Origin: Eledone cirrhosa
Taxonomy: Eukaryota
NCBI GenBank assembly: GCA_964016885.1
Contig: OZ024740.1
Coordinates: forward strand, 214,148,001-214,212,000
Length of the DNA stretch: 64,000 nucleotides
Reading direction: 5' to 3'
Below the pieces are notes generated by a model. That model was not told the origin of the DNA and did not search any database. It saw only the letters and a program-made list of their open reading frames with translations. Below are positions 57,428 to 64,000 of this stretch, piece after piece. The translations under genes were made by a program, and so were the position numbers. Position 1 is the stretch's first letter, and every line of letters begins with the position of its first letter.

Positions 57428-59092
57428 GCACACACCCACATACACTAATCTCATTTTATTTTACACCCCCCCACACACACACCCACATACACTAATCTCA
57501 CTTTATTTTACACACACCCACACACCCACATACACTAATCTCACTTTATTTAACACACACACCCACACACCCACATACACTAATCTCACTTTATTTTACA
57601 CCCCACCCCCCACACACCCACATACACTAATCTCACTTTATTTTACACACACACCACACACCCACATACACTAATCTCACTTTATTTTACACCCCACCCC
57701 CACACACCCACATACACTAATCTCACTTTATTTTACACCCCACCCCCCACACACCCACATACACTAATCTCACTTTATTTTACACACACACCCACACACC
57801 CACATACACTAATCTCACTTTATTTAACACACACACCCACACACCCACATACACTAATCTCACTTTATTTTACACACACCCACACACCCACATACACTAA
57901 TCTCACTTTATTTAACACACACACCACACACCCACATACACTAATCTCACTTTATTTTACACACACACCACACACCCACATACACTAATCTTACATTATT
58001 TTACACCCCACCCCCACACACCCACATACACTAATCTCACTTTATTTTACACCTCACCCCCCACACACCCACATACACTAATCTCACTTTATTTTACACA
58101 CACACCCACACACCCACATACACTAATCTCACTTTATTTAACACACACACCCACACACCCACATACACTAATCTCACTTTATTTTACACCCACACCCACA
58201 CACCCCACATACACTAATCTCACTTTATTTTACACACACACACCCACACACCCACATACACTAATCTCACTTTATTTTACACCCCACCCCTCACACACCC
58301 ACATACACTAATCTCACTTTATTTTACACACACCCACCCACACACCCACATACACTAATCTCACTTTATTTTACACACACACCCACATACACTAATCTCA
58401 CTTTATTTTACCCCCCCCCCCACACACACCCACATACACTAATCTCACTTTATTTTACACACACACACACACCCACATACACTAATCTCACTTTATTTAA
58501 CACACACACCCACACACCCACATACACTAATCTCACTTTATTTTACACGCATACCCCCACACACCCACATACACTAATCTCACTTTATTTTACACATACA
58601 CTAATCTCACTTTATTTTACACACACACCCACACACCCACATACACTAATCTTACTTTATTTTACACACACACACCCACACACCCACATACACTAATCTC
58701 ACTTTATTTTACACACACACCCACACACCCACATACACTAATCTCACTTTATTTTACACACACACACCCACACACCCACATACACTAATCTCACTTTATT
58801 TTACACCCCCCCCCCCCCCCACCCCCACACCCACATACACTAATCTCACTTTATTTTACACACACCCACCCACACACCCACATACACTAATCTCACTTTA
58901 TTTTACACGCACCCACACACCCCACATACACTAATCTCACTTTATTTTACACACACACCCACACACCCACATACACTAATCTCACTTTATTTTACACACA
59001 CACCCACCACCCACATACACTAATCTCACTTTATTTTACACACACACACCCACACACCCACATACACTAATCTCACTTTATTTTACACACAC
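57428..59092. repeat. ~43-bp minisatellite with a constant core and variable CA/C linker
   Basis: CACACCCACATACACTAATCTCACTTTATTTTACAC repeated roughly 38 times. Confidence 0.95.
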
Positions 59093-59214
59093 ACATCTGC
59101 GCATATTCTTCCAAACACGCACACAGATACACCACACACATACAAAGACACACTCATATACACACACAGACACACACACATGCACATCCACATACATACA
59201 AAGACACACTCATA

Positions 59215-59925
59215 TACACACGCAGAAATACTCATCCACACACAGAGAAATAAATACTCACACACACACAGAAATACTTATACACACACACAAAAGCACA
59301 CACACACACAGACACAGAAATACTCATTCATACACACACAAAAGCACACACACATACACACACAGAAATACTCATCCACACACACACACAGAAATACTCA
59401 TCGACACACACACAGAAATACTCATCCACACACATACAAAAGCACACTCATACACACACATACACACAGAAATACTCATCCACACACACAAAAGCACACT
59501 CACACACACACACATAAATACTCATTCATACACACACAAAAGCACACACACATACACACACAGAAATACTCATACACACACATACAAAAGCTCATTCATA
59601 CATACACACACACACAGAAATACTCATCCACACACACACAAAAGCACACTCACACACACACACAGAAATGTTCATTCACACACACACAAAAGCGCACACA
59701 CATACACACACAGAAATACTCATCCACACACACACAGAAATACTCATTCACACACACAGAAATACTCATCCACACACACCCAAAAGCACACTCACACACA
59801 CACAAAAGCACACACACATACACACACAGAAATACTCATCCACACACACACAGAAATACTCATTCACACACACACAAAAGCACACTCATACACACACAGA
59901 AATACTCATCCACACACACACAGAC
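59215..59925. repeat. CA-rich minisatellite (CAGAAATACTCATC and CAAAAGCA units)
   Basis: Read directly. Confidence 0.9.
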
Positions 59926-60368
59926 ATGCAGTACCACGTACACCTACATATATTGATGTGTGTGACACGGAGCCTGTGAACTATCCCCCCCACCCCCACT
60001 TCATGGAACACTTCTCATTGTTTAGGGAAAAATGCAAATCTGTTACTAAGCTTCTTCTTTTTCTTCTTCTTCTTCTTCTTCTTCTTCTTCTTCTTCTACA
60101 ATTTGACAAGCGAATCGCCTCAAAGCCAGAAGACACACACAAACACACAAACACACACACACACACACGCGCGCGCACGCACACACACGCACACACATAC
60201 ACATGCACACACACACACACACACACACGCTAACACACACACGCGCACACACATACATACACACACACATGCATGCACATACACACACACACACACATAC
60301 ACGCATGCACACACACACACACATATGTATGTATGTATTTATGTACCATGGGCCCAGCACTATGTGTG

Positions 60369-60515
60369 TATAATTGTCACAAGAGTAGTGTTTGTACCAG
60401 AGTTGTCAAGTCGCTGGCTGGACTAAAAAGTCACACTCGTTCAGCGCATCGGTAGGGGTTCTCCTACATGGATATAAAGTAGTGGCCGTACTCGAAAACG
60501 AGTTGGCAGCCACCA
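60369..60515 (+). mobile_element. RTE-like LINE 3' end; duplicated at 61684-61829, with a related end at ~63470-63506 (-)
   Basis: CTRV(V/F)[15 protein letters not shown] (zinc-finger-like C-terminus) followed by the terminal stem-loop CTCG-AAAA-CGAG. Confidence 0.6.
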
Positions 60516-60598
60516 TGTATTTATGTATATATGTATGTACGTGAAGGGGCCGTGGAAGCATTTCTGAATGTGTGTGTGTGTGTGTGTGTATGTGTGTA

Positions 60599-60691
<93 letters not shown>

Positions 60692-61019
60692 GTGTGCGTG
60701 CGCGTGCGTGTGTGTGCAAATTTGTTCAATTTAGTTGTATTGATTAGTTTAGCTCTTTGCAATCTAAAATGGTAAGAAAACTTCGATATCTGAGAAACAT
60801 AACTTGTACATAAATAGTAGTGCATATCCAGATGTTTGTTTTGGTAGTTTTGGGATAGTTATTAGGAGAGAAGGGACATGTCCCCCCTCCCAGTTCCACC
60901 ACCCTTGTGTATATATATAATTACAAAAAAAATGCTCTGTACCTTTTCCTAAGGGGCTAATATATCGAGCTTCTTCGCATTTGGTAATAAACTAGTATTA
61001 TACCCGATTTATTCATATC

Positions 61020-61683
61020 CTATAAACTCCCCCCCTCTCTATATCTATCAATACTTATCTCTATCAATCCTCTCACTATATTCATTACCACCAAACTCTC
61101 CCCTTCTCTACGACAACCATACAGCACTCTCACCCAAACTCCTCTCTATATCAATTAGCACCAACATCTACTCCTCTCTATATCTCTATATCTACGACAC
61201 GGAACTCTCTTCCAATACCCCTCTCTATACCAATTAACACCAAACTTTCCACCTCTCTATATCTATTAGACGGAACTCTCTCCCAAACCCCTCTCAATAT
61301 TAATTATCACCAAACTATCCCCCTCTCTCTATCTACCATACAACACTCTCTCTCATTCCCTCTCACTCTATCCATCACTACCAAACTCTCCCCCTCTCTA
61401 TATCTATCAATACCTATCTCTATCAATCCTCTCATTCTATTCATAACCATCAAACTGTCCCCTCTCTACATCACCCATACAACACTATCAAAATCTCCCC
61501 CTCTATATCAATTAACACCAAACTCGCCTCCTCTCTATACCTACTACACGAAACTCTCTCTCTTCCAGCCCTCCTCTCTATATCAATTAACACCAAACTC
61601 AAACTCTCTCTATATCTACAACACGGAACTCTCTTCCAACCCCCCTCTTTATACCTATTAACAGCAAACTCTCCCCCCTCTCA
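61020..61683. repeat. Diverged ~35-40-bp C/T/A-rich tandem repeat
   Basis: Recurrent AAACTCTCCCCCTCTCTATATC unit. Confidence 0.8.
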
Positions 61684-61974
61684 ATAATTGTCACAAGAGT
61701 AGTGTTTGTACCAGAGTTTTCAAGTCGCTGGCTGGACTAAAAAGTCACACTCGTTCAGCGCATCGGTAGGGGTTCTCCTACATGGATATAAAGTAGTGGC
61801 CGTACTCGAAAACGAGTTGGCAGCCACCATATATATATGTATATATATATATGTATATATATATATGTATATATATGTATATATATATATGTATATATAT
61901 TCATATATATATATATATATGTATATATATATGTATATATATTCATATATATATATATATATGTATATATATTC

Positions 61975-62080
<106 letters not shown>

Positions 62081-62420
62081 ATATATATGCATATATATGT
62101 ATATATATGCATATATATATATGTATATATATACATATATATATACCTATATATATATACATATATATACATATATATATATGAATATATATACATATAT
62201 ATATACATATATATATATACATATGTAGGAGGTGAGTTTTATTGTAGTACAATAAAGCAATACAGATATCGGATAAGAAGCACTCTACAGTTTGTAGGAC
62301 TGGAGTATACAAAATATATAAGAACAAAAGATGGTTGATTTAAAACTGTTGATTTAAAACTGTTGATTTAAAACTGCACTATCCACAAGTGTTTTTTAAC
62401 CTTCATATCATGTCTTCCTG

Positions 62421-62487
62421 TTTTATCTGATGAAAACACAAATATTATTGCATGATGATATTTGTTTTTGAAATGCGCATAATAAAA
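62421..62487 (+). ncRNA. Type I hammerhead ribozyme
   Basis: TTTTAT-CTGATGA-AAAcACAAATATTAT-loop-ATGATATTTGTtTTT-GAAA-TGCGCA-TA/ATAAAA. Stem III is the palindrome ATGCGCAT. It sits in a ~280-bp island between (TA)n tracts. Confidence 0.88.
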
Positions 62488-62599
62488 TACATTTTGTTCT
62501 TATATATTATATATATACATATATATATACATATATACATATACATATATACATATATACATATATATATATACATATATATATATATACATATATATA

Positions 62600-62636
<37 letters not shown>

Positions 62637-62744
62637 TACATATATATATACATATATATATATGTATATATATATATGTATATATATATATGTATATATA
62701 TGCATATATATATGTATATATGCACATATATATGTATATATATA

Positions 62745-63364
<620 letters not shown>

Positions 63365-64000
63365 GTATATATATATGTATATATATATATATGTATATAT
63401 ATATATGTATATATATATGTATATACACATCCATTCATCCATCCATACATACACTACATACATACATGTCGATGGTTGCCCCCTCGTTATCGAGTATGGC
63501 CATTGCACAATTTAACATTATTAATAATTATTAATTAATTCTATCGTGCAATGCTTGTGCATGAAGATATTTTTTAAAGTGAGGAAAGACTGTGCACTGA
63601 GCCAATCCCACTCTCTGAGCGACAGTAGCTATAACCTGAAAAGAAGAAAAGATCAAGATCATCAGTAACTACTGAGCCGCAGGTTTTATATCGGAGTTAT
63701 CCCAGTTTTCTGAGTTGCCTTCTAGAAGAATGCTCTGACAAAGGCTAGTGGTCCTTCACTCCCACATCCATACATACACTACATACACTACATACATACA
63801 GACATACATATATCCATCCATCCATCCATACATACACACATACACACATACACACATACTCTGCATACATATATACATACATATGTCCATTCATACATAC
63901 ACTACATACATACAGACATACACACATACACACATACACACATACTCTGCATACATATATACACACACATGCACAGTTACATATATATATACAATCCCCT

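Noticed and set aside
57428-59092. CRISPR-like array (constant core with variable linkers); also the 27-bp array at 25115-25356
   Set aside because: Linkers are only slipped CA/C runs or absent, not unique spacers. There are no cas genes and the context is eukaryotic.
60375-61829. TG...CA direct repeats as the LTRs of a TRIM
   Set aside because: There is no PBS, PPT or TSD. Homology extends 5' of the TG, and the repeat encodes an RTE-like C-terminus and 3' stem-loop.

Overview
This window is repeat-saturated, AT-rich animal genomic DNA. The SINE, LINE and microsatellite content looks octopus/cephalopod-like, but that is an inference. I cannot support any intact host gene, and nearly all long ORFs in the supplied track are microsatellite artefacts. 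The window is dominated by Penelope-like retroelements (PLEs: RT plus GIY-YIG endonuclease) and their non-coding derivatives, about 11 families nested in (TA)n tracts. Reading both strands by eye gives about 23 type I minimal hammerhead ribozyme (HHR) motifs, most with palindromic stem III, and three families carry a compensatory U3-A8 core. The main unexplained signal is a shared insertion architecture. Most insertions are head-to-head fold-backs in which one arm keeps a 35-130 nt 3' tail and the other stops at a fixed internal TA-like site. Several inner junctions fall on the ribozyme or its predicted cleavage site. Also present are a candidate ~659-bp retrozyme-like unit, CR1-group and RTE LINE fragments, tRNA-derived SINEs, a Helitron-like element, a mariner MITE and several mini/microsatellites. 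Coordinates were read by eye and may be off by a few bases.
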